A stretch of DNA of 64,000 bases from an uncultured Candidatus Saccharibacteria bacterium (lineage in GTDB: Bacteria > Patescibacteriota > Minisyncoccia > Phycocordibacterales > PALSA-1337). The position numbers and the translations under genes are program-made. How positions within the stretch are numbered: the stretch's first letter is position 1; every line of letters begins with the position of its first letter. The stretch covers positions 12,027-76,026 of the forward strand of contig CAYPPJ010000003.1 in assembly GCA_964412585.1 (NCBI GenBank), read 5' to 3'. Shown here in pieces: positions 17,685 through 31,000 of the stretch. A model generated the notes under the pieces. The model ran no database searches. It was not told where the DNA came from and saw only the letters and a list, made by a program, of their open reading frames with translations.

Positions 17685-18305
17685 ATGACCCAAACCCACG
17701 TCCTCATCATCCATGGCGGTATGACCTTCAGAAATAGGAAGGATTATCTCCACTATCTCAAGACGAAGAAGGTTTCTATCGAGCCGAGAATAAACTGGGC
17801 GGGCGACTATCTTGAGAAAAAACTTGGGCCCAAGTTCAAGGTTATCAGGCCTCGGATGCCGCAGCGAGATGATGCAAAATATAGCGATTGGAAAATATTT
17901 TTTGAGAGATATCTTCCGTTACTGAAAGGGAAGTTTATTTTGATAGGCAATTCATTGGGTGGCATATTTCTTGCTAAATATCTTTCAGAACACAAGCTGG
18001 CCAAGAAAGCACATGCGGTTTACATGGTCTGCACCCCTTTTGATGACACGGTCCCTACCGAAGATTTGGTAGGAGGATTCAAACTCAAGCCGAAGATAGT
18101 TCAGCTTGAGAACAATGCCACACATGTCAGAATGCTATTTTCAAAAGATGATGAGGTGGTTCCTGTGTCTCATGCTAAAAAATACGCCACAAAATTAGAC
18201 AAAACAGAGATCTATATTTTCGATGGGAAGAACGGTCATTTTAATGTACCGACATTTCCTGAGATTGTGAAGATGATAAAGGAGGATGCAAAAAATTCAA
18301 AATAA
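17685..18305 (+). CDS. alpha/beta hydrolase (YdeN/RBBP9-like serine hydrolase)
   Basis: The nucleophile elbow is GNSLGG. The product is 206 aa and begins HVLIIHGG. Confidence 0.6.
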   Translation: MTQTHVLIIHGGMTFRNRKDYLHYLKTKKVSIEPRINWAGDYLEKKLGPKFKVIRPRMPQRDDAKYSDWKIFFERYLPLLKGKFILIGNSLGGIFLAKYLSEHKLAKKAHAVYMVCTPFDDTVPTEDLVGGFKLKPKIVQLENNATHVRMLFSKDDEVVPVSHAKKYATKLDKTEIYIFDGKNGHFNVPTFPEIVKMIKEDAKNSK

Positions 18306-18310
18306 TTTTT

Positions 18311-18928
18311 TTACACCTTCCACTTTGTAACGGCATTTTTTAATTTTTCCAAGAAACTCTGCTTGCGCGGAGGTTCTGACGGAGGAATGATTAGCGTAGG
18401 TGTTTGGACTGGTGCAGGAACTGGTGGGGAAACTGGAGAAGGAGATGGTAACGGAGGGGGAGGGACTGTTGCCACTTTTTTTGGCTTCTCAACAGGATGA
18501 ACACCGAGCTGCTTTTTGAGCAGATTATTTTCTTTTCGAAGTGACATGATCAATTTGTTTTGATCGTGTATCTTTTTTTCAAGACGCTTGTCTGGTTCGG
18601 CTTCGAGCACGTTACTCATGTTCGTAACTTGTTTTTTGAATACAACATCGGCCGTATTTGTTTCCAATTTGTTTTCTTTTATTTTTGAATTCCAATCAGT
18701 GAGTGTGCCAAGATCTTTTATGTTAAATTTTTTTGCAAAAGCAGTTTGATTTTTTATTTTGGCGATCTTGATGATCAGGGGATCGGTGAATCCATACGAA
18801 ACAAGCTGCTCTTTTTTCATGCCACGAAAATATGCCGGCAACGATTTCCATAAAACATACGTTTGGAACTCTTTTTCTTTATAAGCAACTTTATTGGCAT
18901 TTATTGGCATTTGAGTATTATACTTCAT
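18311..18928 (-). CDS. hypothetical Lys-rich protein with Pro-rich C-terminus
   Basis: The ORF track extends to 19141, which would overlap the start and promoter of the divergent giant gene. The internal Met at 18928 (MKYNTQ...) is a more plausible start. The C-terminal half is coiled-coil-like, followed by a PPPPLPSPSPVSPPVPAP tail. Confidence 0.45.
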   Translation of the reverse strand: MKYNTQMPINANKVAYKEKEFQTYVLWKSLPAYFRGMKKEQLVSYGFTDPLIIKIAKIKNQTAFAKKFNIKDLGTLTDWNSKIKENKLETNTADVVFKKQVTNMSNVLEAEPDKRLEKKIHDQNKLIMSLRKENNLLKKQLGVHPVEKPKKVATVPPPPLPSPSPVSPPVPAPVQTPTLIIPPSEPPRKQSFLEKLKNAVTKWKV

Positions 18929-18974
18929 TACATCAGGCCATTCTATCCCCAGATTTACGTAAAAATCACATTTT

Positions 18975-19015
18975 TTTTCGTAAAAAATGGGCTGTTTTTT
19001 GGTACAATATTGAGT
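18975..19015 (+). promoter_or_regulatory. candidate sigma70-type promoter for the giant adhesin gene (extended -10 TGgTACAAT)
   Basis: tggtacaat lies at 19000..19008, 11 nt before the ATG at 19020, which would make the transcript nearly leaderless. An AT-rich tract lies upstream. The call rests on the sequence pattern only. Confidence 0.35.
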
Positions 19016-19019
19016 ACAC

Positions 19020-22000
19020 ATGAACCTTCGTGGAAGTGCCCAAAAACTATCTGTTCTTTTGATCGTTATGATCATGTTCTGCGGCTTTGTTTCAACCGCA
19101 TTGGCTGATGAAGCTGATGCGCCTGCACCTGCCGCTGACACGAGTGCTCCCGCGGTTACTGCTCCTGCGCCAGAAGCGCCAGTGACGCCTGCTCCAGAGG
19201 CAACTCCAACGCCTGAAGTAGTGCCTCCTACTGAGCCAGTCGTCCAACCTGAACCTCAACCACAACCAGAAACTCCTACGGCTGATAATCAGCCCCCCGT
19301 CACGCCCGTATCGGATACAGTGGCTTCGACGACGGCTCCAGTAGTCGTCGTTTTGACAGGTGATGTTGCAACCTCGACGAATCCCGTCGTGGGGGAATCG
19401 GTTGCGACATCGACCGATTCGCTAGTGGTTGAACCTATGGCAACTTCAACCGAAGTCGTTGCTTCGAGTACTGTTCCTACATCATCCGCCAGTTCAACAA
19501 TAACTGAACATGCGTCAGGTGGTGGTTCAATTTCTACCACTACGACACCAACAGTTGCGACGACGACTGGTACAACGGCAACTTCGACGAACTATTATAA
19601 TTTTACATACAGCACGGTGTGGACCATTACGGAGGGTATTCTGGAAACGTCGACTTCAACGACTGCAACTTCGACTCAGGCAACATCAACTTCTGTTTCT
19701 GCGACAACAACCCCGACAACAGTTTTGGCAAGTTCAACACCGGAGACTGTTGTGGCGACTTCATCGTTGCCAACAATCACCGAGCAGCTTACTGATACGG
19801 GAAAAGTAGTCGTCGTTTCTTCTACGCCGGAGCAGGAACTGATCAGCCCTATGATCAATGTTCCCGTACGTACCGAGATTCCTGAGATTTTCAGAGTAGG
19901 CCAAGAGAGCCAGATCAAGATCACCTGGTCCAACAACGACAATCAGCAGATGGAGTTTGTGACGTATGACGATGATGGAGATGGATTTATCGACCACGTG
20001 TCATGGGTGGTACCGCACCTCTCGACGCAAACATTTGAGATTATTTTGATCTCAAATGCGTTGCGTCTTGATGCGAACAAGAATACCCTCGAAGATATCT
20101 TTGCTGGGGTAGGTACGTTGGACCAAAATTACATAAGCATACTCGACGGTCAGTATGTTCGAGTTACCTTTGAGAGAATGCTCAGTAATACCAACGATAT
20201 TACGCTGTATGCGCGACCAACTGATGCGAACGTTCCCGCAACAATTGAGGTGTATACCAAGGACGGCGTACTTGTGGGAACTTTTGCGACCATCGATCAT
20301 GACGGAAGATATCGCATTGTCCTTTCCGGACTTGCTTCATCGACAGATGTTTTTGATTTGAAAGTTATCGGGAATGTAGATATTGATTACGTCACTGATC
20401 CTCCCGCAAACGCGTACTGGGTCGGTGGCTCGGGAAACTGGTCAGATGCGGCAAACCACTGGGCGACTGTTTCAGGTGGTGCCCCAGGTGCAGGCAATCT
20501 GCCTGATGCAACGACGAACGTATTTTTTGATGCGACATCAGGTGGTGCCGCAGTGACTGCTACGATCGATAGTTCTATCAGCATTGGCTCGCTGACGATA
20601 AACGGATTTACCGGAACCATTGTACAAAGTGCCAACCTGACGATTACCAACTCTGGCGGACAGTCAGGAAATTACCTGCAATCATCAGCCGCGACATTTA
20701 CTGCTACTGACCCAGGTACAAATACATTTTCTGTTACGGGTAGTTTTTTGTTGAACGCGGGAACATTTCGTCGTTACACAGGCATAGGAAATAGCTCGGA
20801 TCCGTTTATCGTGTTTGATGTATACGGACTCCAGGGTATGAAGACAGGACTTTCGAGTTCATACAAATTGAACAATGACATTAATGCATCAGTTACCTCT
20901 GGCTGGAACTCTGGGGCAGGATTTGCTCCAGTCGGTGATAGTACAACAAACTTCACGGGTATTTTTGATGGTAACAACTACACAATCAGTAACCTATTTA
21001 TCAGTACAACGACGCTCAGTTATGTTGGTCTCTTTGGCTATTCAACGAACATTATACAAGATGTAACTCTTACTGGAGTTTCGATTGCTGCAACAAGTAC
21101 ATCAGGAACTGCAGGTTCGACTGGTGCCAATGGTTCTGATGGCTCAGCGACTTCAAACGGTACTGCGGGTGGAGCAGGGACAGCAGGAAGTACATTGTAT
21201 CTGGGAGGAATTGTTGGATACAACACCGGAACTATTACCAACGTTGGCGTGAACGGGACAATTATTGGTACTGGAGGCGCAGGTGGTGCGGGAGGTAACG
21301 GTGGAAATGGCGGAAATATTACCAGTGGTTCGAACGCTGGAGGTGCGGGTGGAAACGCGGTGAGCAACGCGGCGGCAACGGGTGGTATCGCTTATGTCGG
21401 CGGAGTTGTCGGGTATTCTCAACAAGGAAGTATTACGACTGCGACAAGTTCGGCGACAGTAACTGGCGTTGGCGGCGCAGGAGGTGCAAGTGGTAATGCG
21501 GGTAATGGAGGTAATGGATCGGTGGCTGGAGTTGGAACGGGTGCTGGTGGCGCAGGTGGTGCGGCCGCTCTTCCAGGTGCAGGTAACATTGCGTATGTCG
21601 GTGGACTTATCGGATGGATACAAACGGGAACGGTTTCTAGTTCGTTTGCAACAGGAAATGTGACGGCGCGCGGAGGTGCCGGCGGAAATGCAGGAACCTC
21701 TGGTACGGGTGGAAATGCAGGTGTTGGCGGTGGCGGCTCCGCTCTTGGTGGCATTGGTGGTGCAGGAGCTGCCGGTGGCGCTGGTGGTGTTGCATATGCA
21801 GGTGGAATTGCAGGAAACAATTCTGGAACAATTCGAAATGGAAGTTATGCTACGAGCGATGTGTTGGCAAGTGGAGGTATACCAGGAAATGGGTCTGCTG
21901 GTAGTGCCAGTGGTGCATCTGCGGCAGGGTCAGTTATTGCTGCGGCATCAAGTGCAACCGCAACTGGTGGCGCGGGCGGTGCCGGTGCAATCGCATATGC

Positions 22001-25000
22001 TGGGGGATTGGTTGGGCAAAATAACACCCCAGGTTTTATTACCGGTATTGTATCTCCTGTGTATGCAACAGGGGCAGTTACTGCTATTGGTTCAACAGGA
22101 AAAAATGGAACAGCCGGTGGGGCTGGAGGTAGTGCTGGACTTACTACATCAGGAACTGGAGGTGTTGGTGGTGCCGCAGGAAACGGCGGTGCCGGCGGAG
22201 CGGCGTATGCAGGCGGACTTATTGGTATAAGTATGGGATCACTTCTTACTACTAATTCATCAGTTGGACTCGTTACTGTTCTTGGTGGTGCGGGAGGTAT
22301 CGGAGGAACGGGTGGCGCTGGTGGAGCAAAAGGATCTGCGGGAACATCGGGAGCAGGAGGTGCCTCGGGTTCAGGTGGTTCTGCTGCTGTTGTTGCTTCA
22401 TATGCAGGAGGACTCATTGGAAGTAATGTGGGAACTATTCGTAATTCATATTCTACAAATGCAGTGAATGGAACAGCGGGAGCGGGTGGAGCAGGTGGTG
22501 TTGGTGTTGCCGCGCAAACAGGTCTTGCAGGTCTTGGTGGCGGAACTGGAGGTGCAGCAGGAATTCTTTATATCGGTGGAGTCGCTGGTAACAGCACGCT
22601 TTCTATAACTGATAGTTATCACACTACAGGAGCAATCAATGGAACTGCTGGTGCTGGTGGTGCAGCGGGTGCTGGTGGTGCTGGCGGTGCATGGACTGGT
22701 GGAACGCAAGGAGCAGCTGGTACGGCGATCATTGGAGGTGTCGTATACGCCGGAGGTGTGGTCGGCAACAACACAGGTACCTCATTGCTCAATGTGTACT
22801 CGACCGTTGATGTGACCGGAACATCAGGTGCTGGGGGCGCTGGTGCAAACGGTGGAAACGGATATACAAACACAACGGGAGTTGCGGGTGTTGCGGGCAG
22901 TGTCGGACTTACCGGAGGTACTGCATATGTTGGTGGAGTTGTGGGATACATGACGAACGGTGAAATTTCAAATGCGTATTCAACAGGCACTATTACTGCG
23001 CAAGGTGGTGTGGGTGGCGTAGGAGGAAATGGAGGAAATGGCGGAGCAGGGACTTCGAACACGGGTGGTGCGGGTGGAGCCGGCGCAACTGGTGGTGCTG
23101 GTGGCCCAGCCTTTGGTGGAGGTGTTGCGGGAATTATTATTTTGGGAACAGTTTCGGGAAGTTATAATACCGGAAATATTATTGTCGATGCGGGAGATGG
23201 TGGTACGGCGGGAAATGGTGGCAGTGGCGGCGTTGGTGGAACAAACTTTGCGGGAGGTACAGGTACAGTTGCTGGTAACGGCGGTGCGGGCGGTGTTGCA
23301 GCTGCAGGTGGTATTGCAGGGCAGAGTGCGGGTGTGATTCAAGCAACTTCATATTCAACGGGTAATGTGACTGCGCTTGCGGGCGCTGCGCAAGTCGGAG
23401 GAGTTGGTGGAAATGGAGGCGCATCGGTGGGAACATTTGTTGGCGCGGGTGCTGTAGGTGGAGCGGGTGGTGCTGGTGGTGCAGGTGCAACTGCATATGC
23501 CGCAGGTATTGTTGGTAACAATACGAACACCATCCAAAATTCATATGCAAGTGGTGTCATACTTGCTACTGCATCGGCGGGAGCAAATGGTGGCGCTGCG
23601 GGACTTGGAGGAAGTAATGCAACGGGAGGTTCATCAAGCACGGGCGCAGCCGGAGCAAACGGTGGTGCAGGAGGTGCGGGAGCGGTTGCGTATGCTGGAG
23701 GTATCGCAGGTTTGAGCACGGCGATTATTGCGAACACATATATAGAATCAGGATCAGCAACAGTTATCGGCAGTGCTGGTGGTATTGGTGCAACTGGTGG
23801 TGCAGGTGGCACCGCAGGTACGGGTGCACTTGGTGCAATTGGTGGTACGGGTGGCGCGGGTGGTGCAGGAGCGGTCGGGTATGCTGGAGGACTAGTCGCA
23901 TTTAACACAGGAGGTACCATCAACAATTCACATGCATTTATTCTCGCAAGTTCAACATCAGGAACATCAGGTGTTGGTGGCACAGGTGGCGCAGGCGGAT
24001 ACGGAAGTACTGGCGGTACTGGTGGTATCGGCGTAGTTGGTGCTGCTAGTTATGCAGGTGGAGCAGTTGGGTTGAACACGGGCGTTATCAATGGTACCTA
24101 CGCTACGGGAAACGCGATGGCAACGGGAGGTGCGGGCAGCGCAAACGGTGGTGGTGGAAATGGGGGAAACAGTAGTACCTCGGCTGGTGGCGCGGGTGGG
24201 GCAGCAGGTGCCGCGACAACGAACCTTGGCGGTGTTGCCTATGCAGGAGGACTCGTTGGTCTTAACGGAACAAACGGAAGTATTCAAGGTGCGTCGCATG
24301 CAAGTGGTAATGCAACGTCAACAGGTGGTGCGGGAGGAAATGGTCTTACGGGCGGTTCAGGTGGAACGTCCACAGGTGCATTTACGGGAGGCTTAGGAAT
24401 TGCGGGAGGTCCAGGACTTTCTGGTGGCGTTGCTGCAGCTGGAGGATTGGTTGGATTCAATTCAGGAGCAGTTGCATCTGATTCATACGCAGGCGGAAAT
24501 GCATATGCAAACGGAGGTCTCGGGGGTTCGGGAGGAAATGGTGGAAACGGTGGAGCGAGTGGTGGTGGCGTTGTAGGAGTCGCGGGTGTTGGTGGCGGTG
24601 TAGGACTCACTGGTGGTGCGGCATACGCGGGTGGTGTGATAGGTAACGACAGCGTACTTGGTACAACAATCTCAATTCCAAATACCACAGGAACAGTTGC
24701 GTCACTCGGAGGTACTGGTGGTAATGGAGGTAATGGAGGAAACGGTGGTAATGGAGGAAGTGTCTCAGGTGGTAACGGAGGTGCAGGCGGAGCAGCTGGC
24801 GCGGGTGGCAACGGTGGGCTTGCGGCTAGCGGCGGAATCCTCGGGCTAAACGTGGGAGTTATTCATGATGTGACATATACGATTACCTCGATTACCGCAT
24901 CAGGTGGAGTCGCAGGAACTGGTGGTACGGGTGGGAATGCGGGAGCATCAGGAAACGTCGCTGCCGGTGCTGGTGCAAACGGTGGTCAAGGTGGTGCTGG

Positions 25001-28000
25001 AGGTGTTGGTGGTGCAGCATATATCGGCGGACTCGCCGGTGATAACTCGGGCGTCATCGTTGATTCGGTAGTAACAGGAAGTTTGACTGCGGCCGGAAGA
25101 AATGGGGGGGATGGTGGTATCGGTGGAACTGGTGGGAATGGATCACTTGGTACTGGCGGTCATGCGGGCGGTATTGGTGGTGCCGGAGGTAACGGATCAT
25201 CAGGTGGCGCCGTGTATATCGGTGGACTTGTTGGTCAAGGAAACGGAAATATTCAAAAGTCTCGCGCTATCGGAGGTACAATCACTGTTACTTCTGGAGG
25301 AAATGGCGGAACGGGTGGTGCGGGAACTGCCGGTGGCTCGGGAGGATCTGGTAGTGGAAAAAATGGTGTTGGAGGTGGAGGTGGAACGGGAGGTGTTGTT
25401 GGTCCAGTGTATGCGGGTGGAGCTATCGGATACAGTTCACTCGTCTCGGTCCTTATCGATACAGTGTCATCAAGCAACAATGTCACTGTTACTTCTGGTA
25501 ATGGTGGAACTGGTGGTGCTGGTGTCGCTGGAGTAAACGGTGCTGCGGGAAGTGCGGGTGGTGGCGGAGGAGGTGGAGGTGCGGCCGGTGGTCTTGCGGT
25601 ATATGCAGGTGGACTTGAAGGATACAACTCTGGCGCTGCACAAAATATTTCAAATTCTTTTGCAACAGGAAATGTTACGGTATATGGAGGAAATGGTGGT
25701 ACCGGACAAGTAGGTGGAGCGGGTGCTGCAGCAATCAGTGCTGTTGTTGGTGGCGCGGGAGCAGCTGGTGGTATTGGTGGTGCGGGAGGTTTTGCCGTCG
25801 CGGGAGGTCTCGTCGGATTTACGAACACGTTGGTGGCTATCGCATCTTCGAGTGCAACGGGAAATGTGACAGTTGTTGCAGGGAATGGTGGTAACGCGGG
25901 AAATGGTGGCGCTGGCGCACTCGGTGGTGCGGGTCAGGTTGGTGGAGCTGGAGGTGCGGGAGGTGCTGCAGGTCTCGGTGGCGCATCATATGCTGGAGGG
26001 TTGATCGGTCTCGTTACTTCTGGAGATATTGTTAATTCATCTTCAACAGGAATTGTTCAGGGAACTTCTGGAAATGGAGGAAACTCTGGTAATGGCGGTT
26101 CTGGTGGTGCAGGTGGATCGGGGGTGACGGGTACTATCGGTACTGCAGGAACTTTGGGGGCAAACGGTGGTGTTAACTACACAGGAGGATTGGTGGGTGA
26201 TAACACGTCTGCGATTTTGAATTCATATCACGTTGGCGGGGCTGTGTCTGCAACCAGTGGTAATGGTGGTAATGGTGGAGCAGGTGGCGATGGCGGCGCA
26301 TCAGGAAGTATCACCAACGGTACTGCAGTTGCCGGCGGTGCGGGCGCGGCCGGCGGTGTCGGCGGAGCTATTTCAGTCGGAGGACTTGTTGGAAGAAATG
26401 GTGTCACAGCTGTTTCTGCGACGATCACTGGTTCATACGCGACGACGAGTGTCACTGCGGTCGGTGGTAATGGCGGAAATGGAGGCGCGGGAGGACTTGG
26501 CGGTAACGGATCATCAGGAACAAACCACATTGGTGGTGCGGGTGGTGCGGGCGGTGCCGGAGGTGCTGCGGCAACAGGTGTTGGTACTGCAATACAGATC
26601 GGTGGTTTGGTCGGTCAAAATGTCCTCGGAACAATTACTGCAAGTTACGCTCAAACGGGTATTGCGAGCTCAACCGGTGGTAATGGCGGAACGGCAGCTC
26701 TCGGTGGAACAGGTGGTATTGGAACTGGTACTGCAGTATATGGTGCTGGTGGCGCAGGTGCAGCAGGAGGTGCCGGAGGTGCGATCTATGCTGGCGGACT
26801 TGTGGGATATACCACCGGTGTCGTTGAAGCTGGTTCATATTCAAAGACATCACTTGTTCTTACTGGTGGGTCCGGAGCAAATGGATCTGCTGGTATTTCT
26901 GCTTCAGCAAATACTGGTGCGGCAGGAAGTGTGCCGGGTGGTGGTGGTGCGTCGGGAGTTATTTATGCAGGAGGACTTGCGGGGTATTCAACGTCAGATG
27001 TTATTTCTTCTTATGCCAGCTATGACGCTGGTTCGGGAAGAGGCAATATCACGGTAAATGGTGGCACACCTGGTAATGGTGGCAATGCGGGGAATGGTGG
27101 TTCAGGACTTGCGGCTGGAGGTGTTGGTGGTGCCGGAGGTTTGGGAACTGCTGGTACGGGCGGCAACGCATCAGGAGCTTTTGTCGGAGGACTCGTTGGA
27201 TTTAGTTCAGGAATAGTCACTTCTTCATATGCAGACACATTGACCATTTCTGGAATTGAACAGCCAGGTGGAACGGGAGGAAATGGAGGTAGTGGGGGTG
27301 CAGGTGTAGGGGCAAACAACGGAGGTACTGGTTCTGTTGGTGGTGCAGGTGGTGCAGGTGGTGTCCGAGCATACGGTGGACTTGTAGGGGATTTTCTCTC
27401 AACGCTCGGAACTGTTCAAGGGTTTTCATATTCAAGCGTAAATATTTCTGTAACCGGTGGCAATGGTGGTAATGGTGGAATGGGCGGAACAGGTGGAACA
27501 TCTGGAGCCAGCCAGTCATCTGGTACAGCCGCAATAGCTGGTGTGGGTGGTGCAGGTGGTGCTGGAGGTGCTACATATGGTGGTGGATTGATTGGACGTA
27601 TTTCAGGTACGACGCAAGTCATGCGCGTTTCGAATTCAAATGCTACGGGAAATATTTCTGTAACTAGTGGAAATGGGGGAAATGGTGGGCAAGGCGGTGT
27701 TGGAGGAAATGGATCAACAGGAAGTGGTACGCATGCAGGAGCAACAGGAGCTTTGGGAGGTGTTGCAGGTGTTGGAGGTGAAGCTGGTGCTGGAGGACTT
27801 ATAGGTATGAGCAGCCTCACTTCAGGGTCTATCGACTTTATCGCATTGAATGCGACAGGAAACGCGAGTGCGTTAGGTGGTAATGGTGGGATACAAGGAA
27901 CAAGCGGTGCGGGTGGCGCATCAGCAAGTGGTGCAGCAGGAGCGGCAGGTGGTGGTGCAGTATTGACTCCTCCTGCTGGGGGCGCTGCATATGCCGGCGG

Positions 28001-31000
28001 ACTTATTGGTATTCATCGAGTAACTCTTGCTCCATCAGGAAGCGGTGTTATCAATTCGTACGCAACTGGTGTCGTAAGTGCGCAAGGAGGAATCGGTGCT
28101 TTCGGAAACACGGGAGGCAACGGTGGAACTGGGGGAACGATCGGTGGTGCAGGCGGTGCGGGCGGAGCGTCAGGTATTGGCGGTGAAGCTGATGCTGGCG
28201 GACTTGTTGGACTGACCAGCGCCGGTACAGGGGCTATTCACTATTTGAATAACTACTCTACTACAGGGACTACCACCGCAACTGGTGGTGCATCAGGAAA
28301 TGGTGGTAGTGCTGGAAGCTCAATGTCAGGTGGTACGGGTGCAGGTGGTTCAACAGGTGCTAGTGGCGCAAGTGCTGCTGGCGGTGCCGCATTTGCGGGC
28401 GGCTTGATTGCTCAGACGAGTGCGACAGCAAGTAGTAACTTGCAGATTACCACAAACTATTCAACCAAAAACGTAGTTGCTATTGGTGGTGCGAGTGGTA
28501 ATGGAGCGGACGGTGTTATTGGTGGCGCGGGAGGAACATCTGCGATCGGTGGAGTGGGAGGCGCTGGCGGTGTCTCTGGTGCTGGTGGTGCCGCATATGC
28601 GGGCGGACTTATTGGAACAAATGGATCATCAGCAGGTGCTGGTGGTGGTATTATCGAAAATGTCTCATACGCAACGGGAGATGTCACTTCAACAAGTGGT
28701 AATGTTGGGACTGCGGGAAATGCGGGTGCCGGCGGTGCAAGTAATAGTGGTACCGCAACAACGGGTGCAAGTGGTGGAACGGCAGGTACGACTGGTGCAG
28801 GCGGCGCTGCATATGCCGGCGGACTTGTGGCGATCAACGGCGCGACAGGCGTGATTCTCAATTCGTATGCAGGAGGAAATGTGACATCGCTTGCGCGAAA
28901 TGGCGGTATGGGCGGTACCGGTGGTGCGGGTGGAGATGCATCTTTGAGTACGGGAACCGGAGGATCAGGAGTTATTGGTGGTGCAGCAGGTGCAGGTGGT
29001 GATAGTTATGCTGGTGGACTTATTGGGTACAACTTGAGTGCCTTGAACACGATCACGACAAGTTATTCGACGAGTCCGACAGTGACAGGTACGAGTGGAA
29101 ATGGCGGACAGGGTGGTACCGGTGGTAATGGTGGTGCCCCTGGTATTGCCGCTGCTGGCGGAGCTGCGGGAGCAGGTGCTGCGGCAGGCGGGGGAGGTAC
29201 ACTCTATGTTGGTGGACTTATCGGAAGAAATGATGGAACTGTCCAGGCATATTCATACTCAACAGCGAATGTGACTGGTATAGCGGGAACAGGAGGCACA
29301 GGTGGTGTGGGAGGTAATGGGGCAGATGGCGCAGTTGGAACTTCTGGAGCTGGTGGTAACGGTGGCGTAGGTGGTGCGGCAACTGCAGGTGGTGCAGGTG
29401 GTATCGCGTACGGCGGTGCATTTGTAGGAAGAAATGAAACTACGCGCGTTATCAAGGATTCGTATGCTCTTGGCACACTCACTCTTTCTGGTGGCGCTGG
29501 AGGTGTTGGTGGTGTAGGTGGAAACGGTGGCAATGGTGGAAATGGTGCTTCAGCGGGAACGGGAGGAACGGGTGGTAATGCTGGAGCAAGTGGTGCGGGT
29601 ACGGTTGGTGGTGTTAAATATGGCGGAGGATTTGCTGGGTACAACCTCGGTACTATTACCAGCGTATATTCTGTCGGAACAGTTTCGGTAACAGGTGCAG
29701 CTGGTGGAGCAGCTGGTAATGGCGGAAATGCGGGTAACGGCGGTAATGGTGGTGCGTCAGGTGCGGGTGGAACAGGGGGCAACCAAGGTGCAACTTCCAA
29801 TGCGGGTAACGGCGGAGTTTTGCACGCGGGAGGACTTATCGGGTACAACTTTACTGCTGGTGTTATTTCAAACTCATGGACGGCAGGAAGCGTTACCACA
29901 TTTGGTGGTGTTGGTGGTGCGGCAGGAGTGCGTGGAACTTCAGGAACAGGTGGAAATGGGGGGACTCTTGCGGGAGGCAACGGTGGAACCAGTGTTGCGG
30001 GAAGTGCCGGTGGTGCTGGTGGTGCAAGCATTGCTGGCGGACTTATCGGCTCTAATATAAACACAGGATCATTCAATAATAGTTACGCGTCGACAACAGT
30101 CACAATGACTGGAGGAGATGGTGCGATGGGTGGAACAGGTGGTGCTGGAGGAAATGGAGGAGCAGGCGGATCGGGAGGTTCGGGAGACGGTGGAACAGGA
30201 CGAGTGGGTACTATTGGTGGTGCGGGTGGTACCGGTGGTGCGGTGACTGGTGGTGGTCTCGTCGGTGATAACACGGGCGCAATTACGAATGCGTATGCGC
30301 TCGGCAACATCACTGCAACAGCCGGATCGCCGGCCTCTGGCGGTACCGGAGGTAATGGAGGCAACGGTGGAACAGCTGGTGGGGGAAGTGCTGGTACAAA
30401 TGGAAACGGAGCAAACGGTGGTGCTGGCGGTGCAGGCGCGAGTGCGTATGTAGGAGGATTGCTCGGCAGTCATGCGACGTCACTCGTTACCAATGCATAT
30501 TCGGTCGGGACGCCGAGTGCAACAAAAACATCTGGTGTTGCTGGCGGTGCGGGAGGAGTCAAAGGTACTGGCGGTACCGGAGGAAGCAACGGAAGCACTG
30601 GTTCAACTGGTGCTTCATCAGCGCTTCAGTATGCAGGAGGTATTGTGGGTAACCCAGTGAGTGGTACGTGGGCCTCAAGCTATTGGAATACGACAACCTC
30701 AGGAAAAACCGACGGTGCAGGAAACGCTACAACACCAACCAATACATCCGGAAAAACAACGACGCAGATGAAACAGCAGGCAACATTTACCAGCTGGGAT
30801 TTCAGCATCCTCCCAATTTGGAAAATTGCCGAAGCTTCTACATATCCATATTTTGACTACCAGGTAGCGCCAGATGCTCCAACTACAGTTGTTGCCGTTG
30901 GTGGCAATGGTCAGGCAACAATCACATTTACTCCTCCCGCAAATACAGGTGGGGGACAGATTTTATACTACACCGTCACTTCAGATGTCGGTGGCTTTAC

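Noticed and set aside
18929-19141. N-terminal 71 codons of the tracked minus ORF 18311..19141
   Set aside because: They would overlap the start, signal-peptide region and promoter of the divergent giant gene. The internal Met at 18928 gives a non-overlapping gene.
19510-27057. Plus-strand off-frame ORFs inside the giant gene giving Gln/His/Arg/Leu-rich products (19510..19809, 21676..22230, 26233..27057, 25102..25536)
   Set aside because: They are frame-shifted readings of the same repeat DNA. They are low-complexity, lack motifs and overlap the real frame.
21038-30076. Many long minus-strand ORFs with Pro/Ala-rich translations (e.g. 21419..21820, 21845..22417, 23339..23983, 24284..24811, 25253..25828, 27416..27820, 28457..28861, 29204..30076) nested inside the giant gene
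   Set aside because: They are the reverse complement of the GGN/GCN-rich GLUG repeat array (CCN/NGC codons). They have no independent start context or motif and are wholly contained in a high-confidence 5,595-aa frame, so they are compositional artifacts.
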